Shown: positions 35,150 through 46,490, counted from the whole stretch's first letter. The stretch is 63,542 nucleotides of DNA, filler included, from Rhabdomonas costata (GCA_019059605.1; 55 parts of 55 records of this genome joined end to end with filler, not necessarily neighbours in it), one strand, 5' to 3'. The notes: a model not told the origin generated them from the sequence alone. Numbers and translations are program-made.

Positions 35150-35784
35150 CCTTCATGAGAATGAACGCCCAGACATTGGTGAACAGTATCCGAAGCTCCT
35201 TCACCCGGATGTAGACGGCGTGCCACCTCTCTCCGCCATACTTTCTCGACCATTTGCTTTGGATACCAAGGCCAGATGGCATTCCTAAAGACCGTAGCCA
35301 CGGATTCCTTGAAGTCCTCCGTATGGCTCCCCTGGAAATGCACCAGTGGCCACATAATATCTCCGCCAAGTTGTTCTTGTGTGAGACTGTGGCGTGGTCT
35401 GGATAGCTCACGATGTGTTGAGTGTATGATCCCTCACGATCATGCACTGTGGTGTGGATGACATTTGTGCCCTCCTACCAAACCTTCTCATAGACGCGAA
35501 CCCCGAGATACACAACCGAGCTCCCCTTTGCTGTGGTCTTGAATTCCATGCCATAGGCTTCTTTCGAGTTGATTGGCACGCCTGCCGAGTAAATATCGTC
35601 GATGTAGCGGCAAACCGCAAGGGACCTTCCGGGCCCGAGACGGTATGCCTGCTGCGCCTTTTTGACAGGGTGCCAGATTGGCAATCTGCGGGGCAGCGGG
35701 CATTCACATGGGCATCACTTTGATTTGTCGCAGAACCAGACAGCCGACGTTGACGTAGTTGTGCTCGATCAGGTAGGTTAGGAA
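35150..35784 (-). mobile_element. Penelope-like retroelement reverse transcriptase, pseudogenised
   Basis: FLTYLIEHNYVNVGCLVLRQIKVMPM*MPAAPQIANL, CRYIDDI (YIDD at 35595-35606), VVYLGV, TTVHDREGSYTQHIVSYP and DFKESV match the PLE RT motifs Q..G.PMG...AP..ANL / YIDD / LYDKR..F...I..FP. Stops and frameshifts are present. Confidence 0.85.
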
Positions 35785-35984
35785 NNNNNNNNNNNNNNNN
35801 NNNNNNNNNNNNNNNNNNNNNNNNNNNNTTAATTAATTAANNNNNNNNNNNNNNNNNNNNNNNNNNNNNNNNNNNNNNNNNNNNTTACGCCGAGCTAAAC
35901 GGGGGCTTTGTTGCTTCATTTGAGTTTTGGAATTTGGAATCTTTGTGCCGTTCTCAGCGCATGTGTTGATGGTGTCTTTCTTGG

Positions 35985-36549
35985 ATGCCATCCTCCTGGG
36001 CTCCGGTGGCGGCTCTGGTCATGGGCATTGGGGCGCTGGGTGCCGTGCAGACGGCGATCAACGTCTGCAACACTCGGCAGTTCTCCTCCTTCCTGGCTTC
36101 CACGTTTCTGTCCTTCAGTGGAGGGGTTGCTGCCCTCGCCCTGGCGGTACTCACGGAGAAGCTCCGGAGGAATCTGTCCATTGGCTTTCTGTCCCGTCCC
36201 AAGTGGTGGGAGCTCACCGGGGGCGTCCTTGGGATGGCCTACGTGGCCATCGCGGCCTCGGTGTCTGGGCTGCTTGGGTTGGCACTGTTCTTCATTGCTG
36301 TGGTGACGGGGCAGCTCGGGGTGAGCTGCCTGCTGGACCACTTTGGATGGTTATGGGGTGCCTGTGGTGAGGTTTTCCCGCTGCCGTGCCTTATGGCTGG
36401 TCGTGGTGGTCTCCGGGTGCGCCTTGTCAGCGATGGACCGTCTCCGCACAGTGGGGGAGAATGAGCTCCCCGTGGCCGAGGTTGTGGGCCTTTTCGGCCT
36501 TTCCATCGGCTGTGGGGCGCTGCTGCCGGTACAGGCGGCCATAAATCGC
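35985..36549 (+). CDS. YdcZ (DUF606)-type DMT transporter, two tandem domains, with a 1-nt frameshift near 36354
   Basis: GALGAVQTAIN, PKWWELTGGVLG and VVTGQLGVSCLLDHFGW in one frame; then GVPVVRFS... and the start of a second repeat, GALLPVQAAINR, in the +1 frame. Confidence 0.8.
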
Positions 36550-37240
36550 TGGGCTCGGGCTCTGAAGAGAATTCCACCCTGCAACGTTGCCCAGAATGTT
36601 TTTTTACGTGGAATCCAGTAATGAGGAAGAGTATTCGCCAACACTATGGTAATGCAGATACTCAGCTCTATTGGAGATTTCTGGTTAAATCTTGACCTTG
36701 TTATTTGTGTTACAGGGTTGAGAAGACACCGTCGCACGAACTGCCGTCGTCTTGCCGTCCAAGTCATGCAAGCGATTTCGATCAATTAACAGAGCCAGAC
36801 CTTCTCAGGACTGTTCTTTGTAACCCACACTGCAATTGTTACCCTGCAAACCAGTGTGGTGGTGAGAATGCTGAAAATTAAAATAGCAGGTTGCAGCTTG
36901 AGTCTTCCTTCCGAACCCAAGCCAACTGCTCGATGGCTGGGNNNNNNNNNNNNNNNNNNNNNNNNNNNNNNNNNNNNNNNNNNNNTTAATTAATTAANNN
37001 NNNNNNNNNNNNNNNNNNNNNNNNNNNNNNNNNNNNNNNNNGGTGTGTGTGTGGCTGATTCTTTCACCACTGTGAGAGCAGGCCTTTCAGGGAGTTTAGT
37101 AACACAGGTCACGACTTAGCGACGAGACAGGTCTCATCGCTAAGTGCGTGCGTGCCTAAGCCTCCATCATCTGCTGACGTCTGCGTGGCGATGCCCCGTT
37201 TTCCACCTCTCACTTCAGACCTGACACGGTCTGACCATAC

Positions 37241-37549
37241 CTCAACTGGGTCCACATCACCCAAAAGGGAGTTGCAAACAGCAATAGCACCAATATCGAC
37301 CCAGCCATTCCTCACCACAAACAGGAAGGTAGGAAGGTACGAAGGTATCACCTCCTTCAGAAAGTCGTCGAAGTTCTGCAGGGTGCACTCGGCGACGGCG
37401 ACAAAGTTGACTGGGGTTCCTGATCCCCCCGCCCTCACGGCGGCGACCACAGGAAGGGAAAGCATGCTAATCCCCTTGGGCCACGCCGAGAAGAACACGG
37501 ACCCAAACGACACTGCCGTGGAGCTGCTCATTGCGGCTACCCACCACGA
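37241..37549 (-). CDS. Exon encoding a dCache-like extracellular sensor segment
   Basis: 309-nt AG/GT-bounded phase-0 exon: SWWVAAM...FGSVF...LSLPVVAAV...FVAVAECTLQNFDDFLKEV....FLFVVRNG. This follows the Cache pattern PWY..A...W...Y...PV...GV...D..L..L..FL...F.V..G. Confidence 0.5.
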
Positions 37550-38329
37550 CTGGTGAGAAAGAAACAGGAAAAGAGGATGGGAGACGATGGGACGGCGGAA
37601 GGGGGGAGGAATGGCTGAAAAAGCAGGAAAGCAAGACACCCAAACACTATTTCCGGGAATCAGTGATGCAGTGATCACAATGAGTCTTCAAATATTCTCT
37701 TTCAATCATCGCAACTCATACTCTGCTATGATTCAACAAGAAGCCTCATTGCAAAAAAAATGTACTGAAGTATTGAAAATGGAAGGTGAAAGCAATTCCC
37801 ATACAGATAAGCACCAAGTTCGACAGACCGCATTCGTACGGAAAGTCTTACCCTTCAGAAAAACGCGCTCGGGACGCAGTGGGGAAGCAGTCTTTGACCT
37901 CACAACAATATGGACTTGGTGGCCCCTTTTGCTCTTGCTCTGTCGTGAGCCGCGTGAGTACACGGTGATCTGCAAGGATCCCGCCACCAGATAGGCCCCT
38001 GAAAATAAAAAACAAAAGATACGTGAGCAGGCTGAAATGCGCATGCACACCCGAAGTGTGGAATTGAAGGGGTCACCATATTTAATCTCCCCAACACANN
38101 NNNNNNNNNNNNNNNNNNNNNNNNNNNNNNNNNNNNNNNNNNTTAATTAATTAANNNNNNNNNNNNNNNNNNNNNNNNNNNNNNNNNNNNNNNNNNNNGG
38201 GTGGCACACCTTCGCCACCTCGTGCTTGGTGATCCCTGTGAGAGACTTATATCGAGAGAGGTGCTTCGGGAGATGGTGACGAAGGCCCGTACGGTTCGGG
38301 TTTTCAACCATTTCCCGTCTTATAGGGCC

Positions 38330-39200
38330 AAACTGTTTTATGTCGCCGCGGAGAAGGGACAGGTGGAGCGGTGCGGTGCTGGTGCTGCTCAGCGAGGCGG
38401 ACATCAACTTGGACACGGTGAACAAGACTACACCTCTTCGTTGCTTGCGGGAATGGTCACCATGAGGTCACCTGTCCTTGCAGAGGTGCTCCTGTCAGAC
38501 CGGGCGGACGTCAACCAGGCTATGGATAACGATGTCTCCCTGCCTGTGAGATTTGCCACTGTGAGATTGCTGAGCTTCTGCTACAGAACCAAGCGGACGT
38601 CAACCAGAAAAGTTTGACGGCTCCTCGCCTATGGGTGCTGCTTGTGACAGAGGTCTCTTTCAGCCTGTTGAGCTTCTGTTGTGTAATCAGGCGGAAGTGA
38701 ACCATGCCAAGGAGAACGGCGCATCCCCACTTTACCTCGCCTCCGAGGGCGGGCATCGTGAAGTTGTGGATCTGCTGCTGCGCAATCAGGCGCAAGTGAA
38801 CCAGGACATGGAGGACGGCGCCTCCCCTCTGAGCGTGCTTGCCAGGGTGGCCATTGCGATGTTGTGGAGCTGCTCCTGCTGAACCGGGCTGCCGTGAACC
38901 TGTCCACAGAGCGCGGTAGTTCCCCTCTCACCTCTCAGCATTGCCTGTTACAATGACCGCAGTTAGGTTGCAGAACTGCTGCTTCGCAGCCCAGCGGATG
39001 TGAACCAAGCCGCGGAGGATGGCGCTTCGCCTTTATATTGCGGCGGAGATGGGCCATCGTGAGGTTGTGGATCTACTGCTGCACCACAGGGCGAACGTCA
39101 ATCAAGCCGAGGAGGCGCCTCCCCTCTTTGTATTGCCTGCCAGAAGGGCCATTTTGAGACTGCGGAGCTCCTTATGCAGAATAGGGGAGGCGCCTCCTCG
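38330..39200 (+). pseudogene. Multi-frameshifted ankyrin-repeat gene
   Basis: Repeated AEVNHAKENGASPLYLASEGGHREVVDLLL / LYIAAEMGHREVVDLLLHHRANVNQA units spread over different frames, with stops. Confidence 0.85.
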
Positions 39201-39509
39201 GCTTGATTGACGTTCGCCCTGTGGTGCAGCAGTAGACCCACAACCCNNNNNNNNNNNNNNNNNNNNNNNNNNNNNNNNNNNNNNNNNNNNTTAATTAATT
39301 AANNNNNNNNNNNNNNNNNNNNNNNNNNNNNNNNNNNNNNNNNNNNTTTTTGGGGTGGGCACCGGCTATATGCATCTATACAGCCCTCTTGACAGCGCCG
39401 GTGATACGGGCGACGGTGTAGGGATTCGAGGGGTGGGGAGGGCGTGCGGTGCCACACACCGCGCAAAGCAGCAAAGACCACTAAAAAGATTCAGAATCCA
39501 GATGCACAC

Positions 39510-39689
39510 CTCTGTGGCCAGGAGCGGCCGTATTCTCAGATAGACTTTGATGTTCTCTGCGGAAGCACCCGCGGCCGAGGCAGCCGCGGAGCGGGAGCTG
39601 GACGGGAGGTCCTTCTCTGGGGATGTAAACAGAGTCCGGCTGACCTGGGAGCTGGGCACAGGCTCCTCTGGAGGGCCTCCGAAAGCCAT
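39510..39689 (-). CDS. Kinesin, first exon (start of motor domain)
   Basis: MAFGGPPEE...AENIKVYLRIRPLLATE then a GT donor. ENIKVYLRIRP is the kinesin beta-1 motif. Confidence 0.85.
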
Positions 39690-40502
39690 CCCGAGACAAA
39701 GCTCACCCACAAAGGAAAAAAGGGGCAGCACAGGGCGAATGGGCAACGGTGGGAAGAAAAACCCCTGGAACGGCACGGCACATTAGGTGCAAAATAACCC
39801 ATCAGTAGATCAGTAGTTAATCAGCGGATACTTTTGGGGGGGAGGGAGGGCACCGCATGACAGCAGTAGACAGAAGAATGCGAGCGTTTGCTGGATTTGC
39901 ATATGCGTAGCAGCCACCTGTTCGGCAACCTCTCTCTCATGCATCCCGCAGCCCCAATTGTAATAGGGGTTGGTCATGCCTCTGGACGACGTTGTTTCCA
40001 GACGAACACCAGCCACGGGATTCCAAACTTGAATTTGATGGATGCAAGACTAAGTTGGAGACGGTCCGGAAGGGAACAAATGAACAGTATTTAAAGCGAA
40101 ATGCGTGAAATATTTCTGGCTTTCACAGACATGACATGGCAGTCTGCCAACTTATACAGAACCCAATGAGGAAGGCATGCATGTACAGATCACACGCCCC
40201 ATGTGTAGTCATTACCGCCCAACGCACCCCCAACTGCTCTTCGTTGGGCAGCAAGGAAGAAGAGAGCTGCACGGACGGTTTTGCTGTTCCCGCATCCGCA
40301 TCGGTCAGAACAGGAGGGACACACTCAGATCACCAGGATCCAAGGTACACTGTCTGTAAACCAGAAACCGTCACGACGGGCGCCCAGGACCAGACGCTGA
40401 GANNNNNNNNNNNNNNNNNNNNNNNNNNNNNNNNNNNNNNNNNNNNTTAATTAATTAANNNNNNNNNNNNNNNNNNNNNNNNNNNNNNNNNNNNNNNNNN
40501 NN

Positions 40503-40667
40503 TGTTGTGGCAGAAGTCGCCTCTTGATTCGAGGAGGAAGAGACGGACGCCACAGCAGCGAGGCCCTGGCGAGCGTCGTTTGTGAGCGACTTCAGAACCT
40601 CGGAGACCTGGTCGATGCGACGGAGGTAGTCCTCGAGGTCGCGGGTAGTTTCGGGGTCAACAGCCAT
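40503..40667 (-). CDS. First exon; N-terminus resembles TTC12-like proteins
   Basis: MAVDPETTRDLEDYLRRIDQVSEVLKSLTND resembles the DL..FL..VDEI..LI..M pattern. The frame is open to the contig end. Confidence 0.4.
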
Positions 40668-41710
40668 GCTCTCAAGGACGCGAAACAGATGTAAGAGTTT
40701 CTTGGGAGGAAGGGATGTAAACGACCTCGTACGGGGAGGAAGGCCCTCCCTGCACTCTGCAAACCACGTTGCGGCATTGCAGACAAAAACGACTCGGTAC
40801 TGTCGCGGCCCTATCTTCCGTGCTAGGAATAAAAGATACCAGAAATGGGGTCAGCAGGCAGTGCAAAAGTGTTCAAGCCTTTGCACAAAGAACAAGGTCT
40901 GACAGCCAGAAGTTTGGGAAAGCAGCTGAACTCACACTGGTTTGTCCTTCAAGGTCGGAAAACGTTGCGACTGAGGCAGAAGATGGCGTCTTCTGTGTAA
41001 TCAGCTCAAATACAGGCGATAGCTGAACTAATCGATTGGTTTCTATGTTATTTGGCGGTGACGGATAGATCAATCAAACGTTCAGCCATAACACTTTCAC
41101 ATCGAACTAGGGTTAACCAATTAACCAAGTCTCACGGCAGAAGTTGCGGCAACAAGCCAAAGTGAGTTGCGTAGTAGTCCAGAGCCACACTGCCGGGGCC
41201 GCACGAAAAGTGGACGGTCTCGGACAGTCCGGCTCAAGGAGGCAAAGCTACCCAAATGGTGCTCTCAAAAACGGGGCAACGTCGTTGTAACACTGCTCCC
41301 ACACACTGCCGATGTAGCGGAAGGCCCTGAAGCGGTAAAACAAAAGTTTCGCCCCTCCCCTTGGTCCCGAGCAGAAACCCAGTCAGTCAACACCTTTATT
41401 CGGGAAAAAAAAACGGGCAAAAAATGGTCCGTGGTGTGACGTCTGGGAAATAAGAGGTGAGAAAACCGACGCAAAACATCTGCCAAAGGATAATTATGAG
41501 TACCATACCGCAAGCTGTCAAGGTCTTCCCAGCATTTTCCAACACCCCACCCACACCACNNNNNNNNNNNNNNNNNNNNNNNNNNNNNNNNNNNNNNNNN
41601 NNNTTAATTAATTAANNNNNNNNNNNNNNNNNNNNNNNNNNNNNNNNNNNNNNNNNNNNGTCCGCATGAAAGGAAAGAAGCACAGAGCACATGCGCACGC
41701 CCACACGCAC

Positions 41711-42628
41711 TCGAAGTGCTTTGTGGGGTTCTCTTTGATGGCACGGATCTGTTCCTCCAGAGTGGCGATCTGGCGGCTGTACCTCTTCGCCACTCGGCTC
41801 AGCGAGCGCTCCTTTATCTCTGCGAAGGTTAGGTTTTGAATGAATGCGAACGGGTGCTAGCAAGAACCGCAGCAAAGAGGGCAAAACAAAAACGCTCAAA
41901 GTCTCCACAGAAAATCTTACCTATCAATTTGTCCCCGGGTCGATCTTCCGGAAGAAAAAATTTCAACCCCTTCCTTGTCAATCGTCGGGGGAAGCACCCC
42001 TTGGCTGGGCTCGACATCTTGCCCTCCTATTCTGACCGAACCGAAGGGCATAAGTGCATTTGTGCCCCCCCCCTCCTCAACCCGCTGTAACCCGCACGTG
42101 CATCTCCAACAATGAAAGCACCTAGGATCTTGGGTGGGGCCTCCATGAATGCTCTTGATAGGGGGGTGGGCACAAATGCGCCGACCGAAGAAACTGGAAC
42201 CGCTACCATTCTTGAGCAAGACTGAGTTGTGACCAAACCTGGACACTTGAGTTGAGTTGAACTGATGCAATGCTGTGGTGTACTCACCGCGAGGCAGGAC
42301 AGCTAGGTTCTTCAGATCTTTTTTCTATTCACGTTTATTATTTGACGCTTCGGGTAAGTTTGGAATGTGATTAGTAGCACATCTGCGAATACTCTCGTTC
42401 ACATTGAAAGAGGGGAGAGAGACAGGGAGGGCAGTCAGTGCACGCACTCTCTGGCGCGAAGCGGTTCACCACGGCGGCCAGCTTGGGCCCAAAGGCCTGG
42501 TCCAGCTGATCGGCCCACTGCGAGAAAAGATGAGTTGGGCCGTTGTACAGCCGGCAGTTCGCCCAAACCTGAGCCACGTCAGCCGCCACCTCCTGCGCGC
42601 TGCCGTACTCCCCACGCTGAAGCCCTTC
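41711..42628 (-). CDS. Bromodomain protein, exons 42448-42628 and about 41711-41819
   Basis: LQRGEYGSAQEVAADVAQVWANCRLYNG matches the bromodomain Y.S...F..D...I..NC..YN motif. A phase-1 GT-AG intron joins it in frame to KIKERSLSRVAKRYSRQIATLEEQIRAIK. Confidence 0.88.
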
Positions 42629-43010
42629 CTGCGAGAAAACAGTCAGTGAGGGGACCCAACCACGCCCACCACGCCCACAGCACACCTTCCTCAGCGACCC
42701 CCAACCACCCAACACANNNNNNNNNNNNNNNNNNNNNNNNNNNNNNNNNNNNNNNNNNNNTTAATTAATTAANNNNNNNNNNNNNNNNNNNNNNNNNNNN
42801 NNNNNNNNNNNNNNNNGGGTTTGGTGACCTTCGCGAAAAGGGCTGCTGTAGTCAGTGCATGCGGCGTTGGGGGGGGGGGCACGCATGCGGCCCATATGCC
42901 GTCTCACGACAAACCCCCCTCTGGGTTCCGGCCTCCGTGAGGGCTCAACCTTACCTCGCGGGTGTTGGGGTACCCCACTTTGCTTGCCCTTTCGCGGACT
43001 GCCCCCATTC

Positions 43011-43303
43011 TGGGCTACTCTGGCCTCCCTACTCCGGCACGTTGAGTTCACCTCGGTGCCTTGGAGAGCCCAACGAGCGCGGAAGGTTGGGTACCCAGAT
43101 CGAAAAATGGGCCTGTCGGGTTCTCAAGGTCCCGCGTACACTGTGGATCGGGTCACGGGAAGGGCGAACCCCACGTGACAACAGAGAGGGACAACCACCG
43201 TGGACCGACAAGGTCCACGGGGTGAGGTGAGGCCCGATGGGCCCATGCCACATCCAAAGTCAGTAGCCCAAGTGGAAGGGGAAGAGGACCTCGAGTCTTC
43301 CCC
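43011..43303 (+). ncRNA. Candidate structured RNA element, copy B (apparently complete), followed by (GT)n
   Basis: Closing stem tgggctact (43011-19) / agtagccca (43262-70), several internal hairpins, and loop cgcgg (43078-82) complementary to ccgcg (43132-36). Homologous to 15808-16112. Confidence 0.55.
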
Positions 43304-44877
43304 AGAAAAAGGTCATCATTGCCGTTTGCACAAAGTGTGTGTGTGTGTGTGTGTGACCACGGTCGTGGCGTTTCCGTGGTCAGAAGCAGATGGCCGGAGA
43401 GTCCCAGGCAGAAAGAAGAGCAAAGAACAGAACCTAGCCCCGGGGATTAACCGAAATTCCGATGCGAGTATGTGGGTGTGTGTCCAAGACGCAATGCATA
43501 TGTCCTTATGTGGTTGTCTGTTGTCATTCTGTGTTGGTTGTTGTTGTTGGTGGTGGTGATGGTTGGCTGGGTGATGTTGTGGTTTTGGAAATGAATGGGG
43601 TACAGGTTCAGCAGCAGCTGGACGCCGTCATGGCCCGCCGGCCTGCCTCCTACAGGACCTCCGCACGGGGGCGGCCCGATACGAGCTGAGTTTCTGCCCC
43701 GTGTGGTGGGTTTCTATCCTCTTCTTCTTCTTGTCGTGTGTCTTTCCCCGCATGGCCCGACGGTCCCGCCTGCCCCCCTTCACTGGCTCCAAACCTTGCA
43801 CTTCTTTGCCCCTCCCGCCATGGATTGAAGAGAAGGAAGAAAGCAGGCGCTGTCTCTTTTGCCTTCGCTGCCGNNNNNNNNNNNNNNNNNNNNNNNNNNN
43901 NNNNNNNNNNNNNNNNNTTAATTAATTAANNNNNNNNNNNNNNNNNNNNNNNNNNNNNNNNNNNNNNNNNNNNTTGTGGCTTTTACTTCGGCAACCTCAC
44001 CGTGCTCTCAGACTGCTTCGTGAGGCCCGTGGTGGTGGTGCCGATCTCCTCCCGAGGTGCACCCACCAATGCCCCTACAAGACCTGACTCACCAAAAGTT
44101 GCAGGCGAGTGGGTGGGGGGACGGGCAAAGAGACGGGCACCACCCTTGTGTGGTATCCAAGCCTTTTTCTTCTCAACACAAGGGTGGCCTTGGTTGCCTG
44201 ACCTCGAAGCAAGAGCTAACCTGGACCCGCCGCAAAGCACACTCTCCCCAGCTTCATCTCTGCTGGAGCTGCCCGACACCTCCTTCCCGGCAAAAGACAA
44301 ATGTCGGAGCTACGTGACCTGCCACTTCCAGCATCAGTCTAAAACTTGGGGGGGGGGGGTGCGAAGCTTACTACGTTCAATTCACTACGTATTGCATTCG
44401 TGCCACCGGCTGGGTGGAAAAACACCTCACAGCAAGCGCAACCTCAATGCAAGGCCAAAAATGACGAAATTTTTTTTTTGGCGAAAACAGTATAAAAAGA
44501 TCACTCACCAATCTTCTCCACCGCACTTGGGGAAACATTGTAATCATTTTTTCGGTGTAAATCTCTTCCTCTCGGAAGGTCCGGCAGCCTTCGGCTTCCA
44601 ATGTTTGCAACCCGAAAGGGTTCCTTTTTCTTACCATCCCCAGTACTTCCTACAAAGAAAAGCACCTCGTCCCAAGTATTGCTTTGCGGTCTGGCGCCAT
44701 TTTTTTTGGACTGGGAGTGCCCCTGCTGCCACATTGTCCTCTTCTCGATTCTCGATTTCGGTGCAACCTTCATCCAACTTCTCGTCGTTCTGCGAGGGCG
44801 AAAGTGAAGCCTGCTATGCCATTTTGTTGACCGCGTGGTGCCGGGAGGCGCTCGCTTCACTTGCACGCCGCTCAGTG

Positions 44878-45024
44878 ATTCTGTATCTGGACCGGTATTC
44901 CGACAAGAACCTCAACATTACCCTCCTGCCGCCCTACGCTGGGCTGCCGACCACCGTGCAGGTTGCGGTGCGCACTGCAGTCACGGGGCTACCCGTGAGA
45001 GGTGCCGTGCAGCTGGACTTCCCC
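44878..45024 (+). CDS. Exon of an unknown beta-rich protein
   Basis: GC3-rich ILYLDRYSDKNLNITLLPPYAGLPTTVQVAVRTAVTGLPVRGAVQLDFP after a CAG acceptor. Confidence 0.4.
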
Positions 45025-45979
45025 CCAAAANNNNNNNNNNNNNNNNNNNNNNNNNNNNNNNNNNNNNNNNNNNNTTAATTAATTAANNNNNNNNNNNNNN
45101 NNNNNNNNNNNNNNNNNNNNNNNNNNNNNNCGGTAGTCTATAATCATTGGTTTAACAGAAAGATCTTCAAATTCACTCATTATCGATATCAAGTTGCGGT
45201 GCTTCCACACCAATCCACTGCGAGTGGCAATGAGTCCTCGCATGCCGTTTTTTTGATACGGAGACATTTCACAAGAAGAGTTTCCTCCGGTGGCACTGAA
45301 ACCTTCTCCGTATGGGTGAGCGCGCTGGGGGTTGACTGCTGATTCATTCCTCCTGCTTTAGAGAGCAATTTGGTGACTCTAAAAATGAATGCATTCCATT
45401 TTTCCTTCTGCATCTGGCCCATGATGGCGAGCTCTCCTCAGGCTACCCACGCAGTACCGACAACTCACGTAGGGCTCGTTCAGCACTGGTTCCTGTGGAA
45501 ATGTCTGATCGACAATTCCGATCTCAGCGTCATCAGCTGCTGCGACTCCACGACATAAATGTGCACTGCCAGAGTGAGCTGATGCGCTCCGCTGGCCAAA
45601 CCCAGTCATTTGTGTGCGTTGTGGCGTACGCAAACCCAGCGTTACGATATCAGAGAGTCTATTTCCCGAGGAACATGCCCAATCAATGGATACACGTTAC
45701 CAAACTGAAACGGTGTTACGGTAGGGCGGCGTTTAAATTCTCGGCGTAACGAATTAAAGAACAATAGAATACACCGGTGATTTCAGTGGTACTTCAAGCA
45801 GCTAGCTGGTGGAACTTTCTACTTTTTGCCTGGGCGGAAGCCGCACCTTTAACAGCTGTAGAGTCTCAGGATAAACTCTGGTGCCGTCGATAATGGCAAA
45901 CCGTTTAGATCACGTCGGGTTTATCCCCACTTTACCGTGGTAGTCAACGGAGCAGTGTCAGTCACACACAAAAGACTTT

Positions 45980-46187
45980 CCTCTAGTTGTATGGCAGCGT
46001 GGTACCAATAGGCATTCGGCCAAACTGGAAAGACTAGCATGATCCGGCAGGGCTCGATGCAAACAAGGCGAAGAAATCGAGGGAGGATGGACCAGAGGGT
46101 GGTTTGCATACCCACTCTCTAGGGCTCGGTAGTTGAACGCATTGACGCCACTTGTCTCAGCTCGTTGGCGCGCACTATGGAACCGCC
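45980..46187 (-). mobile_element. Decayed DIRS-type retrotransposon (methyltransferase-like domain C-terminal to RNase H)
   Basis: RFHSARQRAETSGVNAFNY...GYAN / WSILPRFLRLV.....IMLVFPVWPNAYWY matches the DIRS motif RF.S......GVDAF...W....YANPPW.LI..VL.......LV.P.WP...WY. Confidence 0.65.
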
Positions 46188-46336
46188 NNNNNNNNNNNNN
46201 NNNNNNNNNNNNNNNNNNNNNNNNNNNNNNNTTAATTAATTAANNNNNNNNNNNNNNNNNNNNNNNNNNNNNNNNNNNNNNNNNNNNGTTTGTGGGGGTT
46301 AGGAAGGCGACACACGCGTCCCCTGGGATTCCAACA

Positions 46337-46490
46337 GAAGGAGCGTGGGTTACACGGATGTTAGACGTCTAACACCGTTAAGTTAACGCCGTTAGACATA
46401 TAACGGTCGTCTAACGGCGTTAGACGGGCGTTAGATGTCTAGCACCGTTAGACGTCTAGCGGTGTTAGACGTCTAACACCGCCCCCCCCC
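46337..46490. repeat. Array of short palindromic GTTAGACGTCTAAC-type units
   Basis: gttagacgtctaac and variants repeated about 8 times in both orientations, ending in a poly-C tract. Confidence 0.85.

Noticed and set aside
44002-45078. 358-aa ORF in the track
   Set aside because: Mostly intron-like, low-complexity sequence read through into the linker. Only the two ends show exon-like codon bias.
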